A stretch of 38,048 bases of DNA. Source: Snowella sp. (GTDB taxonomy: Bacteria; Cyanobacteriota; Cyanobacteriia; Cyanobacteriales; Microcystaceae). Every line of letters starts with the position of its first letter. Position 1 is the stretch's first letter. Both the position numbers and the translations under genes were made by a program. Below are positions 10,230 through 20,959 of the stretch, piece after piece. The notes beneath the pieces are model-generated. The model worked only from the letters and a program-made list of their open reading frames with translations, had not been told where the DNA came from and did no database searches. Location: contig JAYKGY010000121.1 in the NCBI GenBank assembly GCA_035285545.1, forward strand, positions 1 to 38,048, given 5' to 3'.

Positions 10230-11975
10230 TCAGGACTTTTCTGCTCTCCCCAGCATCAAACGCTTCATTTCTGAATTGCCTAATTGTTTGAGTTGATGGG
10301 TCATTTTGCCGCCAATCAGGAAAATAGTGATCCATTGGCCGAGTAGGGCTATTCCTGCCCCTAGACTGAAGATCCGTTCTCCGGCAACCATCGGTATAAA
10401 GGTCGCAAACCAGAGACTACTAATCACGCTAAATCTCCCGCCCACAAAAATTGCGGCAATCATCGGGACAAGAATTAGTACACTGAGGCAAGCGATCGCG
10501 GTAATGAATCGTCGAGAATTTTTCAGCAACAATAATTCTTGAAAGATAAGCGAATAAAGCGTAATCATGGTTAAACCCAACAATAAGCCGCCTAAAACCG
10601 CAAATCGATGGCTATTTAAAGGAAAAATAATAATTGCCGGCAGGGTATATAAAAAGACAATAGCTGCATTGATGGCGATCGCGATCGTTGAGGGGCTTTT
10701 TTCACCCCAAATTAGATCTTGAATCCCAGAGCGAGGATTATCATGGAATTGATGACGATATCGGCTCCAATCTTGTAAGGTTTGCCGTTGAGGACTGAGA
10801 GCCAGAGTTAAGATCGCAAAAAAGACAAATAGGATAATTTGTAAAACGATAAAATTTTGGTATAGGCGGGAAGCATTGGTTGATTGAGCCACAAAACCCA
10901 GATTAATCACAATAAAACCGAGGGTTAATCCATAGCCCTGTTTTTTATTTAACCAAACGCTATGGGGACGACGAAAACGACGATTAATCGCCCGTGTCAG
11001 TGCATACGTCCAAATACCATAATTGAATAGAATAAAGGTAATTCCAGACCAGGCATGGGCAAAAATAGGCTGACCATACCAACGCAATCCTGTTAAACTA
11101 CTCTCTTTTAAATAGGAAACGGTTTTAAACGGTAAATAGGTTGCTTGAGCGAGATAAACTAAGATCTTGCCCGGATAAAAGAAGGAAATCCAATCCAAGG
11201 AACTATGAAAACCGCCCCCTTCTCCCCAAAGGGTAATACTCATCAACAGAAAGAGGAAAAACAGCAGGCTGCCACTGACGACAAATGATTGAACCGCGAT
11301 CGCCTTAGATTGCACCAATCCCATCAGTAAAGCGATATGAAAGAAAAAAGCACAGCCGGCAATTAAAACCCCATAAAAAGCGACAATTAAGCCCAGAGGA
11401 ATTCCTGCCATCAGGCCTGTGATCAAATGCAAGGGGATAGTTAACACTGTTAAAACATACAGTAAGGACGGAACTCCCAATAACTTTCCTAAAAAAATCG
11501 TTTCTGCCGATTGGGGACTGAGGCGAATAAAGTTTAAGGTTCCTCGCGTTTCTTCCTTAGTTAAATCTGTCACTAATAGATAGGTTCCCACGACTAAGAG
11601 AATGGCAATGCCAATCACACTTAATGTCGTAAAAAAATCTAACCACCAAAGTCGCCAATTGACGATCCAATTTCCCAAGAAATCCTGAACACAATAATTG
11701 TCAGGAATATAGGAATGGGGCTGCTGATAACCTTCCCGATTTGGCGGTGGACTACCTAAACAATAACGATTGTAATAATCTTTATAATCCGGATCTTTGG
11801 CAACGGGTAAAAGGGTAGAGAAGAAAAAAATAAAAGCCATTTGTCCCAAAATTGCAACACCTGAAACCAAAGCTAAATTGCGAATTGTCAAGCGACTTTT
11901 TAATTCTCGAAATAATTGGGGATTAAACGCCCCTGCTTTATCAACGAATTGATTTAAAATGGTCGTAATCATCAA
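10230..11975 (-). CDS. ABC-2 type exporter permease (cyanobacterial large permease)
   Basis: Multiple TM helices, NPQLFRELK start and EETRGTLNFIRLSPQS...LGKLLG motif; lies downstream of an ABC ATPase. Confidence 0.85.
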   Translation of the reverse strand: MMITTILNQFVDKAGAFNPQLFRELKSRLTIRNLALVSGVAILGQMAFIFFFSTLLPVAKDPDYKDYYNRYCLGSPPPNREGYQQPHSYIPDNYCVQDFLGNWIVNWRLWWLDFFTTLSVIGIAILLVVGTYLLVTDLTKEETRGTLNFIRLSPQSAETIFLGKLLGVPSLLYVLTVLTIPLHLITGLMAGIPLGLIVAFYGVLIAGCAFFFHIALLMGLVQSKAIAVQSFVVSGSLLFFLFLLMSITLWGEGGGFHSSLDWISFFYPGKILVYLAQATYLPFKTVSYLKESSLTGLRWYGQPIFAHAWSGITFILFNYGIWTYALTRAINRRFRRPHSVWLNKKQGYGLTLGFIVINLGFVAQSTNASRLYQNFIVLQIILFVFFAILTLALSPQRQTLQDWSRYRHQFHDNPRSGIQDLIWGEKSPSTIAIAINAAIVFLYTLPAIIIFPLNSHRFAVLGGLLLGLTMITLYSLIFQELLLLKNSRRFITAIACLSVLILVPMIAAIFVGGRFSVISSLWFATFIPMVAGERIFSLGAGIALLGQWITIFLIGGKMTHQLKQLGNSEMKRLMLGRAEKS

Positions 11976-12018
11976 ATTTATTCACTCCTTGCTAATAAAA
12001 CTAACTCAAAAAAAATCA

Positions 12019-12060
12019 TTAACTATTAACTATTAACTATTAACTATTAACTATTAACTA
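12019..12060. repeat. Heptamer tandem repeat (TTAACTA)x6, STRR-like
   Basis: Six perfect copies between the ABC ATPase stop and the permease start. Confidence 0.97.
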
Positions 12061-12061
12061 T

Positions 12062-13012
12062 CTAAGAAACTTGTTGATGTCCTAACTTTAAAAAAATCGA
12101 TTCTAAATCCTCTTGGCTCGTATGAAATTCAGTAATGGGTAAATCTGCTAACACCAGCGATCGCAGAAGATTTGCGCTGTCTTCTAAACTTCCGGAAAAG
12201 TTCACCCTAACTTGATGGTTATCGGGAATCACCTCGTAACTGTCTATCCAAGAAAATTGCTTGAGTTCATGGATTAAATGATCCAGACGATCTAACACCT
12301 GAATTTGAATTTGTTGGTGAGAGAGTCGTTCATAGAGCGTTTTAAGAGACGTACTTTCTACCAAACAGCCCAATTCCATAATGCCAATTGAAGTACATAA
12401 TTCCGCTAAATCGCTGAGAACATGGGACGAAATTAAAATTGTCATGCCGGCGGTTTGCAGCACTTTAATAATTTCGCGAAACTGCATTCTGGCGATGGGA
12501 TCTAAACCGGATACGGGTTCATCTAACAGTAATAAAATGGGTTCGTGAATAATGGTTCGGGCTAGGCTGAGCCGTTGTTTCATGCCCCGCGATAGGGTGG
12601 CAATGATGCTGTGGCGTTTACTGGTTAGTTGGACTAATTCGAGGACTTCTTCTAAACGACGGCGACGGTGAGAGGGTTTCAGAAAATATAAACGGGCAAA
12701 ATAGTCTAAATAATCCCAAACTGTTAATTCTTCGTATAACGGGAAATCATCGGGTAAATAGCCAATATATTGCTTAAGCCGCAAATTATTCTCTTCTTTA
12801 AAGACGCGATCGCCGTAAAGATAAATTTCCCCAATCGTCGGTTCTTCTGCCATTGCTAACAGACGGATCAGCGTGGTTTTTCCTGCCCCATTCGGGCCAA
12901 TTAAGCCATAAACCTCCCCTTCACTCACTTCTAGGTCAATGTTTTTAACCGCAATGTGGCGTTCAAACTGCTTGGTTAATCCCTGGGTGGCGATCGCTGA
13001 AGTCTCTCCCAT
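12062..13012 (-). CDS. ABC transporter ATP-binding protein (ABC-2/DRI type); likely start is MGETSAIA at 13012 rather than 13156
   Basis: Walker A GPNGAGKTT, signature LSRGMKQR, Walker B LLLDEP and SSH switch. The 48 codons upstream of 13012 look non-homologous. Confidence 0.93.
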   Translation of the reverse strand: MGETSAIATQGLTKQFERHIAVKNIDLEVSEGEVYGLIGPNGAGKTTLIRLLAMAEEPTIGEIYLYGDRVFKEENNLRLKQYIGYLPDDFPLYEELTVWDYLDYFARLYFLKPSHRRRRLEEVLELVQLTSKRHSIIATLSRGMKQRLSLARTIIHEPILLLLDEPVSGLDPIARMQFREIIKVLQTAGMTILISSHVLSDLAELCTSIGIMELGCLVESTSLKTLYERLSHQQIQIQVLDRLDHLIHELKQFSWIDSYEVIPDNHQVRVNFSGSLEDSANLLRSLVLADLPITEFHTSQEDLESIFLKLGHQQVS

Positions 13013-13224
13013 AGGTTGATTTCCGCTGTGATGGTGATTAATCGTTAGCTTAACCTGTGTTTTTAAGTTTCGCCAAATGAATGATTGTTTTTGCAATAAT
13101 TTGCAACGAATACGCCTATAATGCTTAACTTCAAGGTATTTTAAAAGATAATCCATTATAATTAAGGATATTTACCCATTTAACCCATTTAAAGCGTTAA
13201 AATTTTCCTCAATCATCTAATTTT

Positions 13225-13599
13225 ATGTTTATTTTAAGTTCCCAAGAAATCGCTCAATATCGTTCCCAACTGGCTCTTTTTCCCGATGCCTTAGTCGCCT
13301 TAGATGCCATTGAAGATTGTGAAGGAAATATTGAAGACGCAGCCCTATCCTTAGCGATTCAAGTCGGACAACAACCGGATCGGGAAGATTGGTTAGACGG
13401 ATTAGCGAAACGGTGTCGAGTGGATATTTGTAAAACCGATTTTCGAGACCAATTGTTAGCCGGAAATGTGGCCCCCGTCGTCAGTTATCTAATTGAGATG
13501 AAAAGCTGCCCCAATGTCCTCATTACTCCTGCTGTTTTGTATGCTTTAAAATCAGGAATTGAAACCTTTTGTGAACCCTTAAGTTTTAAACTGATTTAA
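13225..13599 (+). CDS. Hypothetical protein, probably cyanobacteria-conserved
   Basis: Clean 124-aa ORF with coding-like composition (ALDAIEDCEGNIEDAA...WLDGLAKRCR...FC.PL); co-oriented with pilD. Confidence 0.75.
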   Translation: MFILSSQEIAQYRSQLALFPDALVALDAIEDCEGNIEDAALSLAIQVGQQPDREDWLDGLAKRCRVDICKTDFRDQLLAGNVAPVVSYLIEMKSCPNVLITPAVLYALKSGIETFCEPLSFKLI

Positions 13600-13654
13600 T
13601 CCCGTTCAATCAGTCCCGTTGAGATAACTTTGAACTCAAGCGTTTTCTTGCGTT

Positions 13655-14464
13655 ATGGATGACCTACTCCTGTTTGGTTTACTGCCATTTGTCTTTGCAT
13701 TTGGGGCATCTGTCGGTAGTTTCTTAAATGTGGTCGCGTATCGTATTCCTGCCAATCTTTCTCTGGTTTCTCCGCCTTCTCGTTGCCCCCATTGTTATCA
13801 TCCGCTAGGAAAAACGGAAAACGTGCCTGTGCTGGGTTGGCTCTGGTTAAAGGGAAAATGCCGTTGGTGCAAAACGCCGATTTCTTCCCGTTATCCCATC
13901 GTGGAAGCTGTTACTGGCCTTTTATTTTGCTTTGTGTTTTGGCATTTTGGTTGGGATTTAACGACGCTAGGCTATTGGGTGTTAATCAGTTGGTTATTGG
14001 CTCTGGCTTTAATTGATTGGGATACGATGACGTTACCTGGACAATTAACCCAATCGGGTCTAGTGGCAGGGCTGATTTTTCAGGGTCTTAAAGGTTGGCA
14101 AACGAATCATTTGGTGATGACCTTAGTGGGCGCGATCGCGAGTGCCGTACTAGGATTATGGCTCTTTGATGTCATTCGACTGGTGGGAACGCTGTTATTG
14201 GGGAAGGTGGCAATGGGAGATGGTGATCCCAAATTAGCCGCTATGATCGGAGCCTGGTTGGGTTGGCAACTGATGTTAATGACGGCTTTTATTGCCTGTT
14301 TTATCGGTGCTATTGCGGGAGGTAGCGCGATCGCCTTGGGACGATGGCAACGACGACAAGGATTTCCTTTTGGCCCATTTTTAGCGGGTGGCGCATTAAT
14401 CAGCCTCTTTTTCGGACAAGCAATCCTTCAAGCCTACACCAACATCTTTTTTCCGACTTTTTAG
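13655..14464 (+). CDS. pilD: Prepilin peptidase (A24)
   Basis: [20 protein letters not shown] Zn site, catalytic IDWD and GDGDPKL aspartates, and PFGPFL. Confidence 0.96.
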   Translation: MDDLLLFGLLPFVFAFGASVGSFLNVVAYRIPANLSLVSPPSRCPHCYHPLGKTENVPVLGWLWLKGKCRWCKTPISSRYPIVEAVTGLLFCFVFWHFGWDLTTLGYWVLISWLLALALIDWDTMTLPGQLTQSGLVAGLIFQGLKGWQTNHLVMTLVGAIASAVLGLWLFDVIRLVGTLLLGKVAMGDGDPKLAAMIGAWLGWQLMLMTAFIACFIGAIAGGSAIALGRWQRRQGFPFGPFLAGGALISLFFGQAILQAYTNIFFPTF

Positions 14465-14522
14465 GGACGATTTATCCCACAGATAAACAAATGATCAAGT
14501 TTCAAACGTCGAGGAATAGCTG

Positions 14523-15239
14523 ATGCCAGAAACGGAACTCCAAACCCTGCCTAGTAGTAAAGAACTGATTGATTCAGACGATATACCTGTGGATAACGAA
14601 GATCAGAATTTTATTCCTAATTTTCTGCTGTTTTTGTTGGAGTTTATTTGGAAACAGCGAGAAGATTGGTTTTTTGCGGCTGATATGGGTATTTATCATA
14701 CTACAGGGCCAAATCCGCGAGTTCCCGTTGTTCCCGATGGTTTTTTAAGTTTAGGAGTCGAACGTCGTAAGGGAGGAAAGTCTCGCCGCAGTTATGTCCA
14801 GTGGGAAGAGCAAAATATTGTTCCGATTTTGGTGCTTGAAGTCGTTTCCCATGCCCCAGGCGGAGAATATGAAGAAAAAATAGTTATTTATCGTCAATTA
14901 GGCGTTAAATATTACGTGATTTACAATCCCTATTTTTGGCGACGGGATGGCCATTTACCCTTTGAGGTTTATAAGTTAATCGACGGAGAGTATCAGCTAC
15001 AGTTAGGAGAACCCTTTTGGATGCCTGAAGTGGGTTTGGGGATTGGTCGTTGTGCCTTGCCTTTAGACCCATTAAAGCGGGAAGTTTTAAGTTGGTTCAA
15101 GGAAAACGGCGATCGCTATTTAACCCTAGAAGAACAATTAAATCTGGAAAAACAACGGGCTGATGAAGCTCAACAGGAATTAGCCAAACTACGGGCCCAA
15201 ATTGAAGCATTAGGAATCCAACCTAATCAAGATAATTGA
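14523..15239 (+). CDS. Uma2 (DUF820) family endonuclease with coiled-coil tail
   Basis: DSDDIPVDNEDQ, VVPDGFLSLG, LEVVS and Y..LGVKYYVIYNP motifs. Confidence 0.92.
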   Translation: MPETELQTLPSSKELIDSDDIPVDNEDQNFIPNFLLFLLEFIWKQREDWFFAADMGIYHTTGPNPRVPVVPDGFLSLGVERRKGGKSRRSYVQWEEQNIVPILVLEVVSHAPGGEYEEKIVIYRQLGVKYYVIYNPYFWRRDGHLPFEVYKLIDGEYQLQLGEPFWMPEVGLGIGRCALPLDPLKREVLSWFKENGDRYLTLEEQLNLEKQRADEAQQELAKLRAQIEALGIQPNQDN

Positions 15240-15311
15240 GCATCTGAAATCTGTTTGTAAGTGGCGTTGAAATTCAAGGGGAATAAGCAGAATGCCTGTA
15301 TAATCCCAAAG

Positions 15312-16079
15312 CTAATCGATCAAAATATCTTCCCCAGAATCCTGAAGATTGGCTTCCCATTCCACATTTGGCATCGATTCAAAGGCATGGCGGACGTATT
15401 CCTCCCAAAGTCCCCGCATTTTCGCTAAATAGGGATCGCCTAAACGCAACTTTAATTTATTGCGTAAAACTAGACTATCAGCTTCGTACATCACTAAATC
15501 AATGGGCGGGCCGACAGAAATATTCGATTTCATCGTGGAATCAATGGATAATAGGGCACATTTCGCCATTGCTTCTAGGGGCGTGTCATAGGTAATAGTG
15601 CGGTCTAATAGGGGCTTACCGTACTTGGTTTCCCCAATTTGTAAAAATGGGGTTTCCTTCGTTGCTTGAATGTAATTACCTTGGGGATAAATTAAATATA
15701 ATTGCGCTTCTTCTCCCTTAACTTGTCCACCGAGTAGGAAATTACAGTGATAATCTATGCCATCGGCTTCCAACCATTGGCGATCGCGCTCTTGAATTTG
15801 CCGAATTTTGCCGCCAATATAGTGAGCAACATCGGACATACTGGAAATATTGTGTAAATTTTTGGGTTCTTCGAGGCGAATATCCCGTTTTAATTGGCTA
15901 ATAACCGCTTGGGTAATGGATAAATTACCAGAAGTACACAGAATGATGACCCGTTCTTTAGCAACAGAAAAATCAAACAGTTTACGGTAGGCAGAAATAT
16001 AGTCAACCCCCGCATTGGTTCGGGAATCTGCCCCCATGACAATTCCAAACCGATTAATTAAGCCTAAACAGTAAGTCAT
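15312..16079 (-). CDS. Proteasome-type protease (Anbu, Ntn-hydrolase)
   Basis: N-terminal (M)TYC with Thr nucleophile, DSRTNAGVD, SGNLSITQ, QIGETKYGKP and DSTMKSNISVGPP. Confidence 0.93.
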   Translation of the reverse strand: MTYCLGLINRFGIVMGADSRTNAGVDYISAYRKLFDFSVAKERVIILCTSGNLSITQAVISQLKRDIRLEEPKNLHNISSMSDVAHYIGGKIRQIQERDRQWLEADGIDYHCNFLLGGQVKGEEAQLYLIYPQGNYIQATKETPFLQIGETKYGKPLLDRTITYDTPLEAMAKCALLSIDSTMKSNISVGPPIDLVMYEADSLVLRNKLKLRLGDPYLAKMRGLWEEYVRHAFESMPNVEWEANLQDSGEDILID

Positions 16080-16180
16080 CGTAGTTTTTTACACGCTTTT
16101 CGTCCTATTTACGCACTCTACAAGATCGGCGATCGCTTTACAAGTTAAGCAATCAGTTAATGCTAAGACGGAACGGTTGT

Positions 16181-16813
16181 TTAAACAATGCCCGATCGCA
16201 GGGCAATCACAGCGGCTTGAACGCGATCATCAACGGATAATTTGTTCATGATCCCCCGTACATGGGTTTTAATCGTATTGGTACTTAAATAGAGCGTTTC
16301 GGCGATTTCGTGATTACTTTTTCCTTCCACAATTAACTTTAAAACCTCAATTTCTCGCTCGGATAAGTTAGCAATGCCGGAATGATTGGAGGATGGGGTC
16401 GGTTTGAGGGTTTCTACCACTAATCGCGCAATTTGGGGATCAAGATAGGTTGCTCCGTCTTTGGCGGCTTCGATCGCGGCGAGTAACCGTTCTAAACTGG
16501 CTCCTTTAATGCAATAGGCATCTGCTCCACTGGATAAGGCTGCCACGACTTCCGTTTGTAGGGTGTGGGACGTTAGCATCACAATATGCACCTGGGGTAA
16601 CTTTTCCTTAATTTGCTTGGTGGCTGCAATGCCATCGAGTCGGGGAAGACCAATATCCATTACGATCAAATCCGGTTGAAGCGCGATCGCCTGTTGCACT
16701 GCGGTATAACCATCCCCTGCCTGGCCGATCACCGTAAAACCGGAATGTTCACCCAGGGCTTGTTCTAAACCCAACTGCATTAACGGATCATCTTCAACAA
16801 TTAAAATTCGCAT
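16181..16813 (-). CDS. NarL/LuxR family response regulator
   Basis: REC domain (VEDD, MDIGLP, LTS, IK) plus LuxR HTH (LSEREIEVL...TIKTHV..IMNKL). Confidence 0.96.
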   Translation of the reverse strand: MRILIVEDDPLMQLGLEQALGEHSGFTVIGQAGDGYTAVQQAIALQPDLIVMDIGLPRLDGIAATKQIKEKLPQVHIVMLTSHTLQTEVVAALSSGADAYCIKGASLERLLAAIEAAKDGATYLDPQIARLVVETLKPTPSSNHSGIANLSEREIEVLKLIVEGKSNHEIAETLYLSTNTIKTHVRGIMNKLSVDDRVQAAVIALRSGIV

Positions 16814-16984
16814 AGCGGAGCAACATTAACAAAAAAATCGGTTCACCCGTTTGGAGGAAGTGCAATTTTTACTAGTTTAGGCAATCTTTAAATAGAGTGA
16901 ATCGGTGGATGGACAACTTTTTGCACTGGTCTGGAGTTTAACGCAGAATTCGTGTAGAAATGGGTTCATTTTGAGCAGTTTTTT

Positions 16985-19222
16985 ATGATGACTTTTTCCC
17001 TCAAATTCCAACAGATTAAATGGTTGCCGGCCTTACAAGTCGCGATCGCCTACGGCATCTTGGGATGGCTTAGTATCGGACAACGGGGACTACAGACAAA
17101 CACCGCACCGATCTGGTTAGCCGCAGGGGTCGGTTTAGCCAGTTTAATCCTAGAAGGAAAAACGATGGGAGTGGGGATCTTTTTGGGGGATCTGGGTCTG
17201 CGATCGCTATGGGGTTACGGATTGGGGGGAGCAATTCCTGGTGCCATAATTACCACTTTTACCACCTTACTAGCCTTTAAACTGCTTCAAATCTTTCAAT
17301 TTTCTCCCCATTTAGCCCGCATTCGGGATGTTGTTTTATTGGTATTGCTGGGAGGGTTGATTCCGGCTGTTCTTTATGGTTTCTTGCAAGCCGTGTTAGA
17401 ACAGGTTTTAAGGACAGATACGGGGAACACCTTTTTTCAACAGCGATGGTTTTTGGGATTGAGCTATGGGAGCGGTATTTTGCTGATTACTCCCCTATTG
17501 TTGCGATTGCAGCTAATCCGTCAAGGCCGCTGGCAGAAATCCCAAGAGCGATCGCGATTTTTAGAGGCGGCTATGTGTTTTGGGTTGCTGATCACCTTGG
17601 GTTGGATCATCTTTGCTAGTAAACATCTGGCCCCGAACCCTTTTGATAATGGGATGCACCATGCCCAATATTTAGAATTTTTACCCTATCCTTTGGTGGT
17701 TTGGGCTGCCATTCGTTTTCCGACTTGGGGAGCCGTTCTCTCTACGTTGGTGGTTTCGTCGTTTGCGATCGCGGGAACCTTACAAGGGAAAGGCTCATTT
17801 ATTTTACAAAGCCAAAATTTACCCCAAGCGTTTCTGGTTCTCCAAACCTTTATCATCATTACCGCGACTACGACTTTGTTACTATCAGCAGCGATCGCGG
17901 AACGGCAACGCATTGAACACCAATTACGAACAACCTTAGAACGGGATCGATTATTGGCAGAAATTGCCCTAAAAATTCGTCAGTCTTTAGAATTGGGTGA
18001 AATTTTACAAACGACCGTCACCGAGGTTCGCAAACTCCTACAGGTGGATCGGGTTTATATCGGTTTTGTGGTCAAGGATACGGATCACTTTGAAGTCGTG
18101 GCAGAATCCGTTACGGCAGCCTATCCGTCTTTATTACAAGTTCAGGCTCAAGCTCCTAAATACGAAGATATCAGTAAATTTTTACCCAAGACTACTTTAA
18201 TTGCCGAAAATATCCAAGAATTAGACCTACTTAGCCCTTTAAAAGCCTATTACCAACACTATCAAATTCAATCGGTTTTAGCCGTTCCCCTGGTCGCTCA
18301 GGATCAAACCCTGGGGTTATTGGTGGCCCATCAATGTTCCCGTCTGCGACATTGGCAAAAAGGGGAAGTCCGTTTATTAGAACAATTGGCAACCCAAGTG
18401 GCGATCGCGGTACAACAGGCCCAACTCTACCAACAGGTGCAGACCCTCAATTGTAATTTGGAAAAACAGGTCAAGGCCCGAACCCTCGAACTCGAAGACC
18501 GCATGTTGGAACTCGAAGATCTTCAGGAAATGAAAGCGATCTTTTTACAGGCGGTTTCCCACGATCTCCGCACTTCCATGATGGGTTTGTTAATGTTATT
18601 GAAAAATCTACAAAATCGACCCTGTGATAACATAACTCTCTCCCGTTCTATCCTGGAGCGCATGATCCAAAGCGGCGATCGTCAATTAACCTTACTCAAT
18701 GCCCTTTCCGAAAATCATTTTAATGAAACTCGTCCACTCCCCCTGAATTGTCAACCCGTTGCCTTGAAACCGTTTTTAGATCACTTGTTGGCAGAATGGC
18801 GATCGCTCTTCATTCAAAATCAAGCCACTATTGTTCACCACCTTTCTGACCATTTTCCGCCAATTTTTGCTGATCCGCAGCTATTAAAACAAGTATTTGA
18901 TAATTTATTAACCAATGCGTTAAAACACAATCCCCTTGGCATTGAGCTAACCATCGAAGCCAGCTTAGAAAAAAATCTGATGCGTTTGGTCTTAAAAGAT
19001 AATGGGATCGGGATGGAACAGCAGCAATGCGAAAAACTTTTCCAGCTTTGTCCTCGCAATGTGCATAATCAACGGCTCACTGGGATCGGTTTAGGTTGTT
19101 ACCAATGTCGGCAAATCATCGAAGCGCATGGCGGCAGTATCGGTGTTTCCAGTACCCCGCAACAGGGAACCCAAGTTTGGTTTACCTTACCTATCGCCCA
19201 ATCGAAAAAATCAGTCATTTAA
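16985..19222 (+). CDS. MASE1-GAF sensor histidine kinase
   Basis: N-terminal MASE1-like TM bundle (PIWLAAG; PLVVWAAIRF), GAF (LLVAHQC...W), SHDLRT H-box, NALKH, DNGIGM and GIGLG. Confidence 0.9.
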   Translation: MMTFSLKFQQIKWLPALQVAIAYGILGWLSIGQRGLQTNTAPIWLAAGVGLASLILEGKTMGVGIFLGDLGLRSLWGYGLGGAIPGAIITTFTTLLAFKLLQIFQFSPHLARIRDVVLLVLLGGLIPAVLYGFLQAVLEQVLRTDTGNTFFQQRWFLGLSYGSGILLITPLLLRLQLIRQGRWQKSQERSRFLEAAMCFGLLITLGWIIFASKHLAPNPFDNGMHHAQYLEFLPYPLVVWAAIRFPTWGAVLSTLVVSSFAIAGTLQGKGSFILQSQNLPQAFLVLQTFIIITATTTLLLSAAIAERQRIEHQLRTTLERDRLLAEIALKIRQSLELGEILQTTVTEVRKLLQVDRVYIGFVVKDTDHFEVVAESVTAAYPSLLQVQAQAPKYEDISKFLPKTTLIAENIQELDLLSPLKAYYQHYQIQSVLAVPLVAQDQTLGLLVAHQCSRLRHWQKGEVRLLEQLATQVAIAVQQAQLYQQVQTLNCNLEKQVKARTLELEDRMLELEDLQEMKAIFLQAVSHDLRTSMMGLLMLLKNLQNRPCDNITLSRSILERMIQSGDRQLTLLNALSENHFNETRPLPLNCQPVALKPFLDHLLAEWRSLFIQNQATIVHHLSDHFPPIFADPQLLKQVFDNLLTNALKHNPLGIELTIEASLEKNLMRLVLKDNGIGMEQQQCEKLFQLCPRNVHNQRLTGIGLGCYQCRQIIEAHGGSIGVSSTPQQGTQVWFTLPIAQSKKSVI

Positions 19223-19292
19223 TGGGTCTGCTGTCATCGGTCTTTTGTTTCTCTTCTGAATAAGGGCTATTTTTTCAATTAACAGATTTGGC

Positions 19293-20915
19293 TTATTCTT
19301 CGGGTAACGATTCAAAAACAGGACAATAACCTTCAGGTGTAACGCGAAACCCTGCCAACGGAGATAAAGGATTCCAACAGCGTTGATGGCGGTAGTGGAG
19401 ACAACGACTGCAACAATCGAGATCTTCTAGGCGTTTTTCCTCCTGAGCTTGGGTGCGTAACTCTCGTTGAGAAATGCCCCGTAAAACTAATTCTTCCCCC
19501 TGCCAACGGGCTTCCACAATACCAGTATCGGCAAACTGATACCAGCGCGAATCTTGAGTAATGACCGTATCTAGGGTAATCGCGATCGCGGACTCGATTT
19601 CACTGACTTCCCCCTCATAGAGCGAAGGCACAGGCGGAGTCGGTTGAATAAATTGTTCCCCAATGGGGAGTTCTACTAAATTTCCAGAAGCAGGAGAATG
19701 CAATTGATAACGATTTTGTAATTCCACTAATCCCGTTAAATCTTGAATATCAGTCGATGAACCATGCACAAAAATAACGTGTTGCGGTCGTAGATTGTGG
19801 ATCAATTGGGTGGTATTGCGGACATCGCTGTGGTCGGCTAGGAGGTAACTTTCGACTTGTATTTGTTCCTTTTGGGGGAAATCAACCGCAAAGCGATCGC
19901 TGTCATCTTCTGAAACCAAAACTCGCCAAGGACGATCTTCAGGAAAAGCAGCAAAAAAGGTTGATAAATTGTCCGTTAAGACAACACAGGGTTTTTCTGC
20001 AAAGCTGGGTAAAGCCTTCAGATCGAAAGAACGAAGACGGGGACAAACTCGCTCATCCCAAAAAAGCGGTTGATGTTTGGCAAAATTTTGGACGGCTAGG
20101 GGCAGTTGGGGAATTAATTGTTCGTAGCGATCGCAGGTTTCCACTAACCGACCTGTCACCCAAATATCTAAATCCCGTCCCGTAAATTGATGGTGAGAGC
20201 GTAATAATTTGAGAATTTCCTGCCCAACTCCTAAAATCGGCACAGGTAATAAAACACTTTGACCCCGTTGCAAAGCCTCATCAATTTGCTGCATTAACTG
20301 TTTTTCTTGCTGTCGTCGGTGGGGATGTCGTCGGGTTCCGTAACTGCTTTCGATAATCAGCACATCAGGAGCCAAGCCCCGTAAGGTTTCAATCGATAGC
20401 CCTTCGACCAATTGCAGATTCGACAGGGAAAAATCCCCCGTATATAACACTTTATAGGTGCGTTTGGGTAACGTATAGGTTAACAACACCATCGCCGCCC
20501 CTGGTAAATGTCCCGCAGGGAGCAATTCAGCCGTTAAATTTTCAAACAGTTGGATCGGCGATCGCCAGGCGAGGGGATGATAAAAATCGGCATCGAGGGA
20601 TTCATTCGGCCAATTCAGGGGTAACAGTTGGGCCGTCACTTCGCTAGTGTAGATCGGCAGTTTCGGAAAAGATTGATGCAGATCCAGTAAACCTCTCGCA
20701 TGATCCGCATGGGCATGACTACAAAAAACCACATCCGCCGGAGCCATTCCTTCCGTTTGCAGAGGAGCAATATCATTCAGCCCACAATCGAGCAGAATTC
20801 GATAGGGGCCTAAACGCATCAAAAGACTGATCCCATCCTGAGCGTGACCAATACTGTAGGGATAAAACGAGAGAATGGATTGCTGATCAGATGCTAGCGG
20901 ACGCGGTTTACCCAT
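19293..20915 (-). CDS. MBL-fold metallo-hydrolase of beta-CASP type with a C-terminal Cys cluster
   Basis: LLDCG, SHAHADH, AGHLPGA, YTGD, IESSYG, DHSD and FVHG motifs; C-terminal CSRC...C...YC. Confidence 0.88.
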   Translation of the reverse strand: MGKPRPLASDQQSILSFYPYSIGHAQDGISLLMRLGPYRILLDCGLNDIAPLQTEGMAPADVVFCSHAHADHARGLLDLHQSFPKLPIYTSEVTAQLLPLNWPNESLDADFYHPLAWRSPIQLFENLTAELLPAGHLPGAAMVLLTYTLPKRTYKVLYTGDFSLSNLQLVEGLSIETLRGLAPDVLIIESSYGTRRHPHRRQQEKQLMQQIDEALQRGQSVLLPVPILGVGQEILKLLRSHHQFTGRDLDIWVTGRLVETCDRYEQLIPQLPLAVQNFAKHQPLFWDERVCPRLRSFDLKALPSFAEKPCVVLTDNLSTFFAAFPEDRPWRVLVSEDDSDRFAVDFPQKEQIQVESYLLADHSDVRNTTQLIHNLRPQHVIFVHGSSTDIQDLTGLVELQNRYQLHSPASGNLVELPIGEQFIQPTPPVPSLYEGEVSEIESAIAITLDTVITQDSRWYQFADTGIVEARWQGEELVLRGISQRELRTQAQEEKRLEDLDCCSRCLHYRHQRCWNPLSPLAGFRVTPEGYCPVFESLPEE

Positions 20916-20959
20916 AAACTCTGGTATTTAACGCCAGAAAACGGCACTTTTCAATGATG

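Noticed and set aside
12019..12060. Repeat as a CRISPR array
   Set aside because: It consists of contiguous 7-bp units with no spacers, and there are no cas genes in the window.
13013..13156. 48-aa N-terminal extension of the ABC ATPase
   Set aside because: It lies in AT-rich divergent promoter DNA and has no ABC similarity, so the start at 13012 is preferred.
13655..14464. pilD as part of the chaperone-usher cluster
   Set aside because: PilD processes type IV prepilins. The CU pilins have Sec/SPase I (AxA-type) signals and lie 10 kb away.
17930..18420. GAF of the MASE1 kinase as a cyanobacteriochrome
   Set aside because: It lacks the chromophore-binding CH motif and the DxCF/DxxL motif; the equivalent region reads SPLKAYYQHY.
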